Origin: a bacterium | Lineage (GTDB): Bacteria > Bacteroidota > Bacteroidia > Flavobacteriales_D > Sanyastnellaceae | Assembly: GCA_029979565.1 (NCBI GenBank) | Contig: JAPOHG010000005.1 | Location: 93 to 64,092, forward strand | Length of the DNA: 64,000 nucleotides | Direction of reading: 5' to 3' | In this document: piece after piece, positions 8,497 to 17,605 of the stretch | Layout: each line of letters starts with the position of its first letter | Position numbering within the stretch: position 1 is the first letter of the stretch | The notes under the pieces: generated by a model | What the model was told of the DNA's origin: nothing | Database searches by the model: none | Seen by the model: the letters and a program-made list of their open reading frames with translations, nothing else | Program-made: the position numbers and the translations under genes

Positions 8497-9636
8497 ATGC
8501 GTTCATCCGGAATGTTCATCCTTGCAGTGTGCCTAGCAATAGCGGGGTGCGAACGGGCCGTTCCAGAGCCAGACGCGCCGGATGAAACCCCGGTTTTGAG
8601 CCCACCGGTATTGCCGGACCCACCGTTTGCCTACAGTGCATTGGAATTTCCCGACGCGTGGCTCGAAGATCCGGCGTTGCAGCTGTTTGGCGGCTTTGGG
8701 GCCGACCTCGAGGTGACGGATGCAGGGGCCACGTTGGGTCGCGTGCTGTTTTACGATCCCCAGTTGTCGATCGATGGAACGGTGTCGTGTGCCACCTGCC
8801 ATCAACAAGCGCGGGCATTCTCGGACCCTGTCGCACAATCCACGGGTGTGTCGGGCAACCCAACCCACCGCAACGCCATGGCCTTGTTCAACTTCCGGTA
8901 CCAACGGCGCATGTTCTGGGACCTCAACACCGTCGGCCTCGAGAATCAGGTACTGCAGCCCATCGAGCACCCGGACGAAATGGCCATGGACTTGGCTGCC
9001 TTGCCAGCCCATCTAGCTGATATTCCCTACTACCCAGCCCTGTTTGAAGCGGCATTCGGTGATGAGGAGGTAACCCTTGAATCTGTGCAATCGGCGCTCG
9101 CGCAATTCTTGTTGACGTTCCAGTCCTATTCGGCTCGGTTCGATGCAGGCTTGGAGAACGATTTTGCCGGCTTCACGGCGAGTGAGTTGCTGGGCAAGGA
9201 CCTCTTTTTCAATGGGCAGACCCGCTGCAATCAATGCCACAGCGGCAAAAACCTGTTCTCCACCCAACCCTTCATCAATGGCTTGGAGGTGGATTATGCA
9301 GCCGCGGGGGATGCAGGGGTGGGGGCGTTGTCCGGTGACCCATTTGATGACGGACGTTTCAAAACGGTTTCCTTGCGCAACATTGGCCTCACGGCACCCT
9401 ACATGCACGACGGACGGTTCGCCACCCTGCGCGAAGTGGTAGACTTTTACAGCGACGGCATTCAGCCCCATCCATTCCTGGATGAACGCCTCGGAGAAAA
9501 CGGTTTTGGCTCGCCCGGCCAGGCGCCTTACCAACTCAACCTAACAGAGGTGGAGCGTGAGGCGTTGGTGGATTTTCTGAGAACTTTCGACGACACGGTC
9601 ATGGTGTCAGCGGAATGGTTGAGCAATCCGTTTTAA
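8497..9636 (+). CDS. di-haem cytochrome c peroxidase (CCP/MauG family) lipoprotein
   Basis: Two CxxCH haem motifs (CATCH, CNQCH). APYMHDGRFATLREVVDFY is typical of the CCP family. N-terminal LAVCLAIAGC lipobox. Confidence 0.88.
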   Translation: MRSSGMFILAVCLAIAGCERAVPEPDAPDETPVLSPPVLPDPPFAYSALEFPDAWLEDPALQLFGGFGADLEVTDAGATLGRVLFYDPQLSIDGTVSCATCHQQARAFSDPVAQSTGVSGNPTHRNAMALFNFRYQRRMFWDLNTVGLENQVLQPIEHPDEMAMDLAALPAHLADIPYYPALFEAAFGDEEVTLESVQSALAQFLLTFQSYSARFDAGLENDFAGFTASELLGKDLFFNGQTRCNQCHSGKNLFSTQPFINGLEVDYAAAGDAGVGALSGDPFDDGRFKTVSLRNIGLTAPYMHDGRFATLREVVDFYSDGIQPHPFLDERLGENGFGSPGQAPYQLNLTEVEREALVDFLRTFDDTVMVSAEWLSNPF

Positions 9637-9679
9637 TTGCCTTGTATTTTTTTTATTTTGGTGCATAATTCAATGCGCT

Positions 9680-11191
9680 GTGAATCAATTGTCTAATCGG
9701 TTGGTGTTGGCATTCATCGGGGTGCTGCTCCTCGGGAATGCGGAGGTGTCCTTCGGGCAATCCATCAGCGATTGCGAAGGAGCCATCACCCTGTGCGGCG
9801 ATTTGTACCAGGAGACGGAGGCCTCTTTCAATACGGGTGCGGTGTATGAATACACCGGCATGTGCAACCAAAACCTCGAACAGAGCAGCGTGTGGTACAC
9901 CTTCACAGTCCAGGAAGACGGGTTGCTGAGTTTTATTATCGACCCGCTTAACCCCATGGACGATTACGATTGGGGCTTGTTTGACATCACCTCGGGGGGG
10001 TGCGATGGAATTGGTTCGCAATTGCTTTCGCCGGAGGTAGGCTGCAATTCCTACGGTGTCGCACCCCCAGAACCCAACGGTGCTACGGGCATCTCAACGG
10101 CCAACGGTGGCACGGGCTCTTCCAATGGCCCAGGCAACTTCAACGGTCCTCCATTCAATGCGGACTTGCCGGTGGAGGCAGGAGAGACCTATGCGTTGGT
10201 GGTTATGAACTGGACCAACTCGTTGGAGGGCTATGCCATCGATTTCGGTCAGTCCACGGCGAGCTTGTACGACGAAGCTGCGCCTTACATTGACAGCGTG
10301 GAGGTGGTCAATTGCGAAAACACCACCTTGCGCGTATACCTGAGCGAATACGTGGACTACATGACCGTAACGGCCGAGGATTTTGAACTCATCGGGCCGA
10401 CCGGGTTGGTGCATGAATTTTGGTCCGTTGTTGGGCTCAGCGGTGTGAATGGGTTCAACCAAGTGCTGGACTTGAACGTTGATGACCCCATCGAAATTTC
10501 CGGGATGTACGAATTGCATATCACGGATGAGGCAGCCTCGATTTCCGATGCCTGCGGAAACTTGGGAGAGGGCTTCATCGGAGTGGAGCTGACCGTGCTG
10601 GAGCCTCCCTTGGGATGGGACGCCATCGAAGTCCTTGTCTGCCCAGATGATGTTGCCAGCCTTTCCGTGAATTCCGTGGTTCAGCAACCGGAAAACACGC
10701 CCTACACCTACGCTTGGGCCTGGGACATGGCGGGTGCTCCTGTCGTTGGCACAGGGCCTGGATTGGAAAGTTTGGGCGACGGCTACTACGAGGTGGTCAT
10801 GACGACGTCGCCGGCGTGTTTTTCAGCCACGGGAGCGTTCCAAGTGGTGACGGAGGAATGCAGCCTGACCATCCCCAATGTCATCACGCCGCTCAACGGC
10901 GACGCGGTGAACAACGCCTTCCTCGTGGATGGGCTGGATGCATACCCCGGCAGTTCGATCCGCATCTACAATCGGTGGGGCAACTTGCTGTTTTCCTCCA
11001 ACGATTTCGGCGCCACAGCTGGATGGGACCCCAGCGCTGAGGAGGCGGCTGAAGGCACGTACTACTACGAATTAAGCATCCTCCGCGGACAGGACGAACT
11101 CAGCGTCATCACCCTCGAGGGCGAAACGCTGTATCCGCCCAACGGCGACCCGGTGCTCACGCTGACCGGTTCGTTCAGTTTGCTGCGCTGA
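9680..11191 (+). CDS. secreted protein with gliding-motility-associated / T9SS type-B C-terminal domain
   Basis: GTG start and signal peptide. C-terminal IPNVITPLNGDAVNNAFLVDGLDAYPGSSIRIYNRWGNLLF matches the CHU_C / type-B sorting domain pattern. Confidence 0.8.
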   Translation: MNQLSNRLVLAFIGVLLLGNAEVSFGQSISDCEGAITLCGDLYQETEASFNTGAVYEYTGMCNQNLEQSSVWYTFTVQEDGLLSFIIDPLNPMDDYDWGLFDITSGGCDGIGSQLLSPEVGCNSYGVAPPEPNGATGISTANGGTGSSNGPGNFNGPPFNADLPVEAGETYALVVMNWTNSLEGYAIDFGQSTASLYDEAAPYIDSVEVVNCENTTLRVYLSEYVDYMTVTAEDFELIGPTGLVHEFWSVVGLSGVNGFNQVLDLNVDDPIEISGMYELHITDEAASISDACGNLGEGFIGVELTVLEPPLGWDAIEVLVCPDDVASLSVNSVVQQPENTPYTYAWAWDMAGAPVVGTGPGLESLGDGYYEVVMTTSPACFSATGAFQVVTEECSLTIPNVITPLNGDAVNNAFLVDGLDAYPGSSIRIYNRWGNLLFSSNDFGATAGWDPSAEEAAEGTYYYELSILRGQDELSVITLEGETLYPPNGDPVLTLTGSFSLLR

Positions 11192-11192
11192 A

Positions 11193-13379
11193 TCAGCGTA
11201 CAATCAATCGAGCAGGCAGGCTTTCGCCGTACTGCACGAGGTAAATCCCAGGATTTAAGTGACCGATGTCGAGGCGCGTGGTCTGCGCCGTGATCTGGCG
11301 TTCCAACACCAAACGGCCACTCGCGTCCCGAAGCTGGAGCCATGCGCCTGTAATGTCTTCCACCGCCACGGTCAGCTGATCTGCCGCAGGGTTGGGATAC
11401 AGGGTGCACGCTGTTTCCATCGTCGCTGCTTCGGTGATGCCGACGCCCATGCCGTTCAGCAGTCCAGCGAATTCCTGGTAGTACAGGTTGGCCACGCGCT
11501 CGTCATGGATGACCAGCGTATTCTCGTCATTGGTTGTTTCCGCCGTGGTGGACCAGTTGTGCGAACCGGTAACAACCGTCGGATCGGAGAGGGCCTGGCT
11601 GTGGTCGACAATGGCGTATTTGTGGTGCAGCTGGCCAGAGATGCCCTGGTGCGAGTAAATCTCGATGCCCGCATCAAGCAACGGTTCGTATTCCGAGCCG
11701 GTGTCGTTGATGTTCTCCATGGCACCGACTGGGTTGATGAACAGGCTTGACCCTGCCTCAATGACCGCAGCGCCGAGGTCGTTGCGCGTGAAGCTCAGGA
11801 CGGCGAAATTCAAATCGTAGTCCGTCGACTCAATGGCGTCGAGGATGGCGGAAGTTGTTCCGTCGGTGGGTGAGAAGTACAACTCCACCGGGCTGCCGCC
11901 GATGAGGAAGCGGCGGGGCGTATTGATGGACTTCGCGGCACCAAACTTCGCGTTGTCCGGGTCGGGCTCCATGGTCGTGGACCCCCACATTTCTTCGAAC
12001 TCGAGGGTGTAGGCGCGCGCCAAACTCTGGTCGCCCAAAATGATGACGTTGTTGGGGTCGGTGTTGAGGTTGCCGGTGGTGAAGTTGGTCGAACCGGTGA
12101 GGACAAATGCGTTCTGCGCGTCGTCGCGGTCGCCCACAATGAACTTGTTGTGCATCCCGCTGCCCATGCCGTCTGTGCGGAAGTGAACGGGCATGCTGTC
12201 GTCAATGGCACTCAAGCCGAGGTTGGCATTTTGTCCTTCTGCGATGTAACGCACCTGCACGCCGTTGGCGATGGCCGTGTTGATGGCCTGCTCGATGGCG
12301 GAGTTGTTGATGTTGTAAGCCGCGATGTCCAGCGTGCTTTGCGCGGAGGTGATGTAGGCGGCGATGGTATCATTGGTGTTGGTGCCCAAGGCCTGCGCTT
12401 CTTCAATGGTCGCCACGCTGTTGTCCACTTGGGTGGTGAAGTACGCACGGATGTAACCAGGCGATTCAGATACCGTGGCGTATGGACGGATCGTCGAAGC
12501 GGTGGAATCTTCACCCGCAATGGAAAGGACCCGTGCGTAATAAATGGTGCCCGGCTCGAGGCCGTCCACCGTCACTTGATGTTCCAAGACTTGCATGTCA
12601 TCGACCACTTCCATGCCGAGGTCGGGAGTGAGTCCGTATTCTACGTGCGAATCGCCCAACACGTCCGTATTCCACACCAAATCGAAGCCGGTGGTGGTGA
12701 TGTTGATTTGGTCCACTTGGGTGCTCAAGTTGATGGCAGAGGTGGGGACGAGGTCCTCACTGCCACGCGGCAGCAACTGGTAACCGCCCACTCCGTCAAA
12801 CGAGAATTGGGAAACCACGCCGTACAGGTCCACCTCGCCAGCGGGCAACACCTGCCCAACGAGTTCATTGTCGTTCCGCACGTAAATGATGCCATCTTCG
12901 CCTGCTGCAGAAAAGCTGAACGTGCTGTTGCCGGTGATCATGGTCCCGCCGTTGGTGAATACCACGTCCGGGATGTACGCCAACTCGCCCTCCATGCTTT
13001 CGTCCATGTCATTGGGCGTGATGGTCTGGAATTCGGGCAATTCATTGCCGGTCGAAAGGACCGTTACATCGGTGATGCCGTCGGGTCCTACTTCGAGGAG
13101 TCCGTTGTACTCGCTGAGCGCTCCAGTCATGGTCAATTCGTCTCCGGGTTGCGGGTCGGGCCAGCCGTTTTGCGTCCATTGCCCACCTGGGTACAAGGCG
13201 ATGCCGGCGGTCTCGTCTTGGAGGTAGCGGACGATGCCGAGGTTGCCATCAGAGGTGACAATGCCCGTGACAGTGACGGTTTGGCCGACGCTGTAGTTGG
13301 TGCGCGCATCGAGGATGTCCGTTTGGCCCCAAGCGGTGAACGCCGCGAGGCACAGGAGGGAGGTCAGGAGGTTTTTCAT
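11193..13379 (-). CDS. secreted phospholipase D/nuclease-superfamily protein (two HKD motifs) with N-terminal OB-like module, FN3-like region and T9SS type-A CTD
   Basis: Signal peptide MKNLLTSLLCLAAFTAWGQ. HKD motifs HNKFIVGD...GSTNFT and HHKYAIVD...GSHNWS. C-terminus LYPNPAADQLTVAV...GIYLVQY...LIVR. Confidence 0.82.
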   Translation of the reverse strand: MKNLLTSLLCLAAFTAWGQTDILDARTNYSVGQTVTVTGIVTSDGNLGIVRYLQDETAGIALYPGGQWTQNGWPDPQPGDELTMTGALSEYNGLLEVGPDGITDVTVLSTGNELPEFQTITPNDMDESMEGELAYIPDVVFTNGGTMITGNSTFSFSAAGEDGIIYVRNDNELVGQVLPAGEVDLYGVVSQFSFDGVGGYQLLPRGSEDLVPTSAINLSTQVDQINITTTGFDLVWNTDVLGDSHVEYGLTPDLGMEVVDDMQVLEHQVTVDGLEPGTIYYARVLSIAGEDSTASTIRPYATVSESPGYIRAYFTTQVDNSVATIEEAQALGTNTNDTIAAYITSAQSTLDIAAYNINNSAIEQAINTAIANGVQVRYIAEGQNANLGLSAIDDSMPVHFRTDGMGSGMHNKFIVGDRDDAQNAFVLTGSTNFTTGNLNTDPNNVIILGDQSLARAYTLEFEEMWGSTTMEPDPDNAKFGAAKSINTPRRFLIGGSPVELYFSPTDGTTSAILDAIESTDYDLNFAVLSFTRNDLGAAVIEAGSSLFINPVGAMENINDTGSEYEPLLDAGIEIYSHQGISGQLHHKYAIVDHSQALSDPTVVTGSHNWSTTAETTNDENTLVIHDERVANLYYQEFAGLLNGMGVGITEAATMETACTLYPNPAADQLTVAVEDITGAWLQLRDASGRLVLERQITAQTTRLDIGHLNPGIYLVQYGESLPARLIVR

Positions 13380-13390
13380 GCGGTTATCTG

Positions 13391-16240
13391 TTAGAATCGG
13401 ATGCGGATGCTGAGGTTGGTGCGGAAGCCGTAGCCCATGTAAACACTGGCCGATCCGGCATCAAAGTTGTTTTCACTAAAGGCGTATTTGCGGTCGGAAT
13501 CGGTAAAGTACCACTCGCCGTACGCGTCGTTGTTTTGGGCGTTGCTCAGGTAAACGGTGTTCAAGATGTTGAACGCACTCAAGCGCACGTCCATGTTGGT
13601 CTCGTTGACGTTGAAATTGTAGCCGGCGTGCAGGTCGAGTAGGCCGTACGTTGGAATTTGCCACGATTGGCGGCCTTCGTTTTCACCGTTCAAACTGAAG
13701 GGGTCAAAATCCGCATAGTGGCGGCTGAAGACCGTGTAGCGCGGCTTGATGTAAATGCCTTTGTACGTGTACTTCAGTGAAACGCTGTATTGGCTCTGCG
13801 GTGAATCCCCGACGGATACGCCTTCTGCGTTGTATTGCACGACGGCCGGGTTGCCCTCCGCATCGATGTAGGGGAGGTTGCTGTCGTCGTCGAGCAGCAC
13901 CAAGCTGTCTTCGGAGCTGGTCCACCGCCAATCGCCCAGGCTGACATAACCCTCAACGGTCAGCGAGGGGTGTACGCGCCAAGCAACGTCCGTCTCGAGG
14001 CCCTTATGCAAAGCACTCATGGAGTTGACGTTGGCGCGGACGATGTCGCCTTCAACGGTTTCGAATCGCAGCAGCGACTGCAACGGACGGTTTTGCCAGT
14101 CCGTGTAGTACGCGTTGACGTTCACGCTGAATGGAAATTTGCTGTAGCTGTAGCCCCATTCGACGGAATTGATGCGCTCGTTTTCGGTGTTCTCGACGAA
14201 ATTATTCTCGAAGTCGACCACGTTGCGGAACACCGGCGTTCGGTTGAGGTGGCCGAGGTTGACAAACGTGTTGGCGTACTCACTCAGGTTGTAGTTGCCC
14301 CCTGTCTTGATGGTGTATCCGGGGATCCACTTCCATCCACTCGTGGTGAACTGACCGTTTTCTTGCAGTTCTGCGAAGTAGTCGACGCTTTTGTACCCTT
14401 GGCTGACCGCGCTGACATTCAAGAATGCGTTCCAGAGGTAGCCTTTGTATTCGAGCAAAGCAAAGGCACCTGCCCAACGCACGAAGGCATCGTTGTGGTA
14501 ACCAATTTTGTCGCCGACGAAGCGCATGTTGGAGGAGGCGTTGGCATTGCGGGTGTCCACGAAGTAGTCTCCACCGAGCAGGTCAAACACTTCAGCATAG
14601 TGCTCGCCCTGGTACGTGCGGAAGTCCAACCCGCCGGAGAGGGTGAGTGATTCCGAGGTCTCGTGGCGAAAGGTAGAGAGCACACCGTACCAGTAGTGGT
14701 TGTTGTACAGCTTGCGCAAGATGCGGCCTGATTTCAACAACGAGTCGCTGTACGTTGGATCGATGGGCGGGCCGAACAAGCCACCAATCGTGTTGGAATT
14801 GTAGAACTTCTGGAAGTCAACCTGGCCGTCGGGCGTGTAATCGCCACCGCCGAGGCTGTTTTCGAGCCGTGTTCCACCGCCGTATCCATAACTGGCGTAT
14901 GCCATATTGGAAATGTACAGTTTATCGGAGGCGCGCCAGCTGTGGCGCAACGAGAAGAGTGGCTTGTGGTACTTGTTCTGGCGTTCGTACAAGACCTGGT
15001 CATTGAGCATGCCCCAGTGAACGTTGTAATTGTCGCCATAGCTCACGAGGCCCGTCGTATCAATGAAGTCCGTGGAGGAGACTTCGGCTTCGAAATCATC
15101 GGCCGAACCGTAACCGTACACCGCGTTGAGGCTATCATAGGCGGCCAGCTCTTCTTGTTGGAGCAAGGTGCCGTCATTGAAAATGGCATCATAGGCCACG
15201 CTGTAACCACGCAACCGCTCGTAGTCTTCTTCGCTGCCGGTGAACAGCGATCGCGCAAAGTCCTTGTTGTGCGTTGCGATGCGCTGCTGGTAACCGCGGG
15301 AGGCGTTCTCTGAAGGCGAACCGGTGGCACTGATGGAGAGCGTGTGGTTGCCGAGGGCCTTTTGGATTTTTACGTAGTAGAAAAAGGCCCGGTTGTAGTC
15401 TTGTTGGAAGTAGCCTTGTCGGTTTTGGAAACTGCCGGCGAGCGTGTAGCCCCAACCGCCATCGAGCCGGCCAGACGTATGGCCCAGCGAAGTGCGGGTG
15501 AAGCCAAAGCTGCCGATCTCTTGTTTCACGGAGGTCTTGCGAGAGGACTCGATTCCGGAGGTGACGATGTTGACGGTTCCACCGATGGCGGGCAAGGCGA
15601 GCTTGGAGGCACCGAGGCCGCGCTGCACTTGCATGGTTTGGGTCACCAAATCCAACCCAAACCAATTGTTCCAAAAGACCGCACCGCTCTCCATGTCATT
15701 GACGGGGATGCCGTCGACCAGTACGGAGACGTTGCGTTGCTTGAATCCCCGGATGGAAATGGAAGGCCCGTTGTCGTCCGATCCCGCTTGGGTAGCGTAG
15801 ACGCCTGGCGTGCTGTTCAGGATCATGGGGATGGGCTGCGAGCCCAATTCCTCCTGGATCTGAACGGGTTTGATGTTCGAGAAAGCGACGGGTGTCTCGC
15901 GCTCAATGGCAACGTCGGCAATGACCTCGGCCTCTTGCAAGACGATGGTGCTCAGCTTGAAGTTGGCTTGTACAAGCGCGCGGTCCACGGTGACAGCGCG
16001 CGTTTGGCTCTCATACCCGATGTATTGGACGGTGATATCATAACTGCCGTATGGAAGGTCCAGCGTGTAGGCCCCATCGAAATCAGTGGCCACGCCGGTG
16101 CCGTTGACCAATACGCTCGCTTGGATCAACGCTTCACCTGTGATGGCGTCCGACACGACCCCGGTGATTTTACCGGATTGCGCCCAAGCCGCTGCACTCA
16201 GCCAAAGGGCCAAGCCTGCAATTGCCAATCGCTTCATCAA
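13391..16240 (-). CDS. TonB-dependent outer-membrane receptor with carboxypeptidase-regulatory-like N-terminal domain
   Basis: Signal peptide. GKITGVVSDAITGEALIQASVLVNGTG (CarbopepD_reg-like). Plug and barrel length. C-terminal ...NLSIRIRF ends in an aromatic residue. Confidence 0.9.
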   Translation of the reverse strand: MMKRLAIAGLALWLSAAAWAQSGKITGVVSDAITGEALIQASVLVNGTGVATDFDGAYTLDLPYGSYDITVQYIGYESQTRAVTVDRALVQANFKLSTIVLQEAEVIADVAIERETPVAFSNIKPVQIQEELGSQPIPMILNSTPGVYATQAGSDDNGPSISIRGFKQRNVSVLVDGIPVNDMESGAVFWNNWFGLDLVTQTMQVQRGLGASKLALPAIGGTVNIVTSGIESSRKTSVKQEIGSFGFTRTSLGHTSGRLDGGWGYTLAGSFQNRQGYFQQDYNRAFFYYVKIQKALGNHTLSISATGSPSENASRGYQQRIATHNKDFARSLFTGSEEDYERLRGYSVAYDAIFNDGTLLQQEELAAYDSLNAVYGYGSADDFEAEVSSTDFIDTTGLVSYGDNYNVHWGMLNDQVLYERQNKYHKPLFSLRHSWRASDKLYISNMAYASYGYGGGTRLENSLGGGDYTPDGQVDFQKFYNSNTIGGLFGPPIDPTYSDSLLKSGRILRKLYNNHYWYGVLSTFRHETSESLTLSGGLDFRTYQGEHYAEVFDLLGGDYFVDTRNANASSNMRFVGDKIGYHNDAFVRWAGAFALLEYKGYLWNAFLNVSAVSQGYKSVDYFAELQENGQFTTSGWKWIPGYTIKTGGNYNLSEYANTFVNLGHLNRTPVFRNVVDFENNFVENTENERINSVEWGYSYSKFPFSVNVNAYYTDWQNRPLQSLLRFETVEGDIVRANVNSMSALHKGLETDVAWRVHPSLTVEGYVSLGDWRWTSSEDSLVLLDDDSNLPYIDAEGNPAVVQYNAEGVSVGDSPQSQYSVSLKYTYKGIYIKPRYTVFSRHYADFDPFSLNGENEGRQSWQIPTYGLLDLHAGYNFNVNETNMDVRLSAFNILNTVYLSNAQNNDAYGEWYFTDSDRKYAFSENNFDAGSASVYMGYGFRTNLSIRIRF

Positions 16241-16244
16241 ATGC

Positions 16245-17168
16245 TTATTGAATCGCCACGCGGTGCGCGAAGGTGCGTCCCTCGGACAGGTGGATGTTCA
16301 CGAAGTAGGTTCCGCTCGGGAGGTCGGTCAACGCGAACTCACGCACGGCTTGTGCCACATTTTCATCGCGGAGTAACTGGCCGGTGGCCGAGTATACGGT
16401 GACCCGCTGGATAGCTTCGGTGGCCGTGAGGGTCAAATTCCCGTCGGCAGAGGGGTTGGGGAACACGGAAGTCTGAACAGCTGCCAACTCTTCAAGTGTA
16501 TTGGGGCTACAGGCGCAGCTGTGCATGCCGAGGCCGTCCCAAGTGTTCACAAGGAGGGTATCCCATTCGAGGAACGTATTGAAGCTCACCGGAGGCACGG
16601 TAACGCCTTGCATCACGTCGTACTTGCGGCGGAGGGTGTGGTTGGAGGTCAACCAAGCTGCGCCATCGCCGATGTCGATGTAGCCGTTCGCTTCGTCGTT
16701 GGTCCAAGCCACGCCGGGGTCCTCACCGGGCTTGCCGAAGATGTCCACCACGGTGGCCTCGTTCTTGACCAAGACCAACGCATCGTCGCCGTTCATGTAG
16801 GTTGGTGCCGGGTAGGGGTTGTCCAATTGGTCCGCGTAGGCCTGCATTTCAGGGTCGCATGCGGGCGAGGTGGCGCCACCGCCCAAATCCACGTCCTCGG
16901 TTTGGCCGTTGACCAACACCCACGTGCCGTAAGGTTCAATCGTGCCGATGAGGTCGGTCCAATCCGTTGCAGTACCTTCTCCGTTGCTCCAGCGCTGGAG
17001 CTGGTAGGCGGATAGGTCGATGGCTTCGCCGGTGGGGTTGTAAAACTCCACGCCTTTGTTGTTCCCGGTGCCCTCGCAGTACTCGGAAATGAAGATTTCA
17101 GTGCATTGCGCTTGCACCAAAGCAGGCAGGGTCAGAGCCAATGCCAATTGGAGGAAAGTGAATCGCAT
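16245..17168 (-). CDS. secreted lamin-tail-domain (LTD) protein with T9SS type-A CTD
   Basis: Start trimmed to ATG 17168 (MRFTFLQLALALTLPALVQAQ). IFISEYCEGTGNNKGVEFYNPTGEAIDLS is LTD-like. C-terminus VFPNPSADGNLTLTA...GTYFVNIH. Stops 4 nt before the TBDR start. Confidence 0.78.
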   Translation of the reverse strand: MRFTFLQLALALTLPALVQAQCTEIFISEYCEGTGNNKGVEFYNPTGEAIDLSAYQLQRWSNGEGTATDWTDLIGTIEPYGTWVLVNGQTEDVDLGGGATSPACDPEMQAYADQLDNPYPAPTYMNGDDALVLVKNEATVVDIFGKPGEDPGVAWTNDEANGYIDIGDGAAWLTSNHTLRRKYDVMQGVTVPPVSFNTFLEWDTLLVNTWDGLGMHSCACSPNTLEELAAVQTSVFPNPSADGNLTLTATEAIQRVTVYSATGQLLRDENVAQAVREFALTDLPSGTYFVNIHLSEGRTFAHRVAIQ

Positions 17169-17223
17169 GTGATTTGGTGTTTGTGAAAATCGGTGCAATT
17201 TAACCGGGAAAAGCCCAAAATCG

Positions 17224-17592
17224 ATGAGAACATTTGAGTTTGAGGACGTCCGCGACCGAAGCTTGACGAAGGCGCATGTCACCGAGGAGTTTCCTTTCGA
17301 CAAAAATACCTGCGTATGGAAGGTCGCAGGCAAGGTCTTCGCCTTGGCTGATATCGACGCATTCGACGGTGTGACCTTAAAATGCGATCCCGAATATGCC
17401 ATAGAATTACGCGAGCAACACGCGGGCATCATCGGCGGCTACCACGCCAACAAAAAGCACTGGAATACCGTCCGTTCCGACGAGGACGTGCCCCGGCAAT
17501 TGGTCCTCGCCTTGATCGACCACAGCTACGAACGGGTGGTCGCAGGTTTTTCACAAAAACAGCGCAAGGCGCTCGGATTGCAAGGGCATTGA
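17224..17592 (+). CDS. MmcQ/YjbR-family protein
   Basis: 122 aa; KAHVTEEFPFDKNTCVWKVAGKVFAL...HANKKHWNTV pattern typical of the YjbR family. The overlapping antisense extension of the LTD ORF was rejected. Confidence 0.75.
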   Translation: MRTFEFEDVRDRSLTKAHVTEEFPFDKNTCVWKVAGKVFALADIDAFDGVTLKCDPEYAIELREQHAGIIGGYHANKKHWNTVRSDEDVPRQLVLALIDHSYERVVAGFSQKQRKALGLQGH

Positions 17593-17605
17593 TTATCCTT
17601 GTTGC

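Noticed and set aside
11180-11200. Palindrome CGCTGA-a-TCAGCG spanning the convergent stop codons of the type-B cargo gene and the PLD gene as a terminator
   Set aside because: With a 1-nt centre the effective stem is only about 5 bp, and there is no T-run. It most likely results from two stop codons (TGA / TCA) facing each other.
12150-13394. 414-aa plus-strand ORF, with similar ones at 15344-16402, 13835-14650, 35244-36332, 42225-43337, 57638-58627, 55948-56838, 37241-38146, 31425-32270, 32595-33488, 21081-21833 and 17717-18589
   Set aside because: All are mirror-strand ORFs of genes with strong family signatures (PLD, TBDR, BatA, ComA, M16, flavin reductase and others). They show V/G/R/H/D-rich composition and are not independent genes.
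17169-17432. N-terminal 88-aa extension of the LTD ORF (track start 17432), with similar extensions at 3941-4000, 27908-28015, 31641-31715, 33412-33585, 37230-37250, 40655-40714, 41449-41529, 42345-42380, 49224-49310, 57150-57269 and 61877-61993
   Set aside because: The extensions overlap neighbouring genes or promoters and precede an internal ATG that gives a proper signal peptide or the canonical family N-terminus. Starts were trimmed accordingly.
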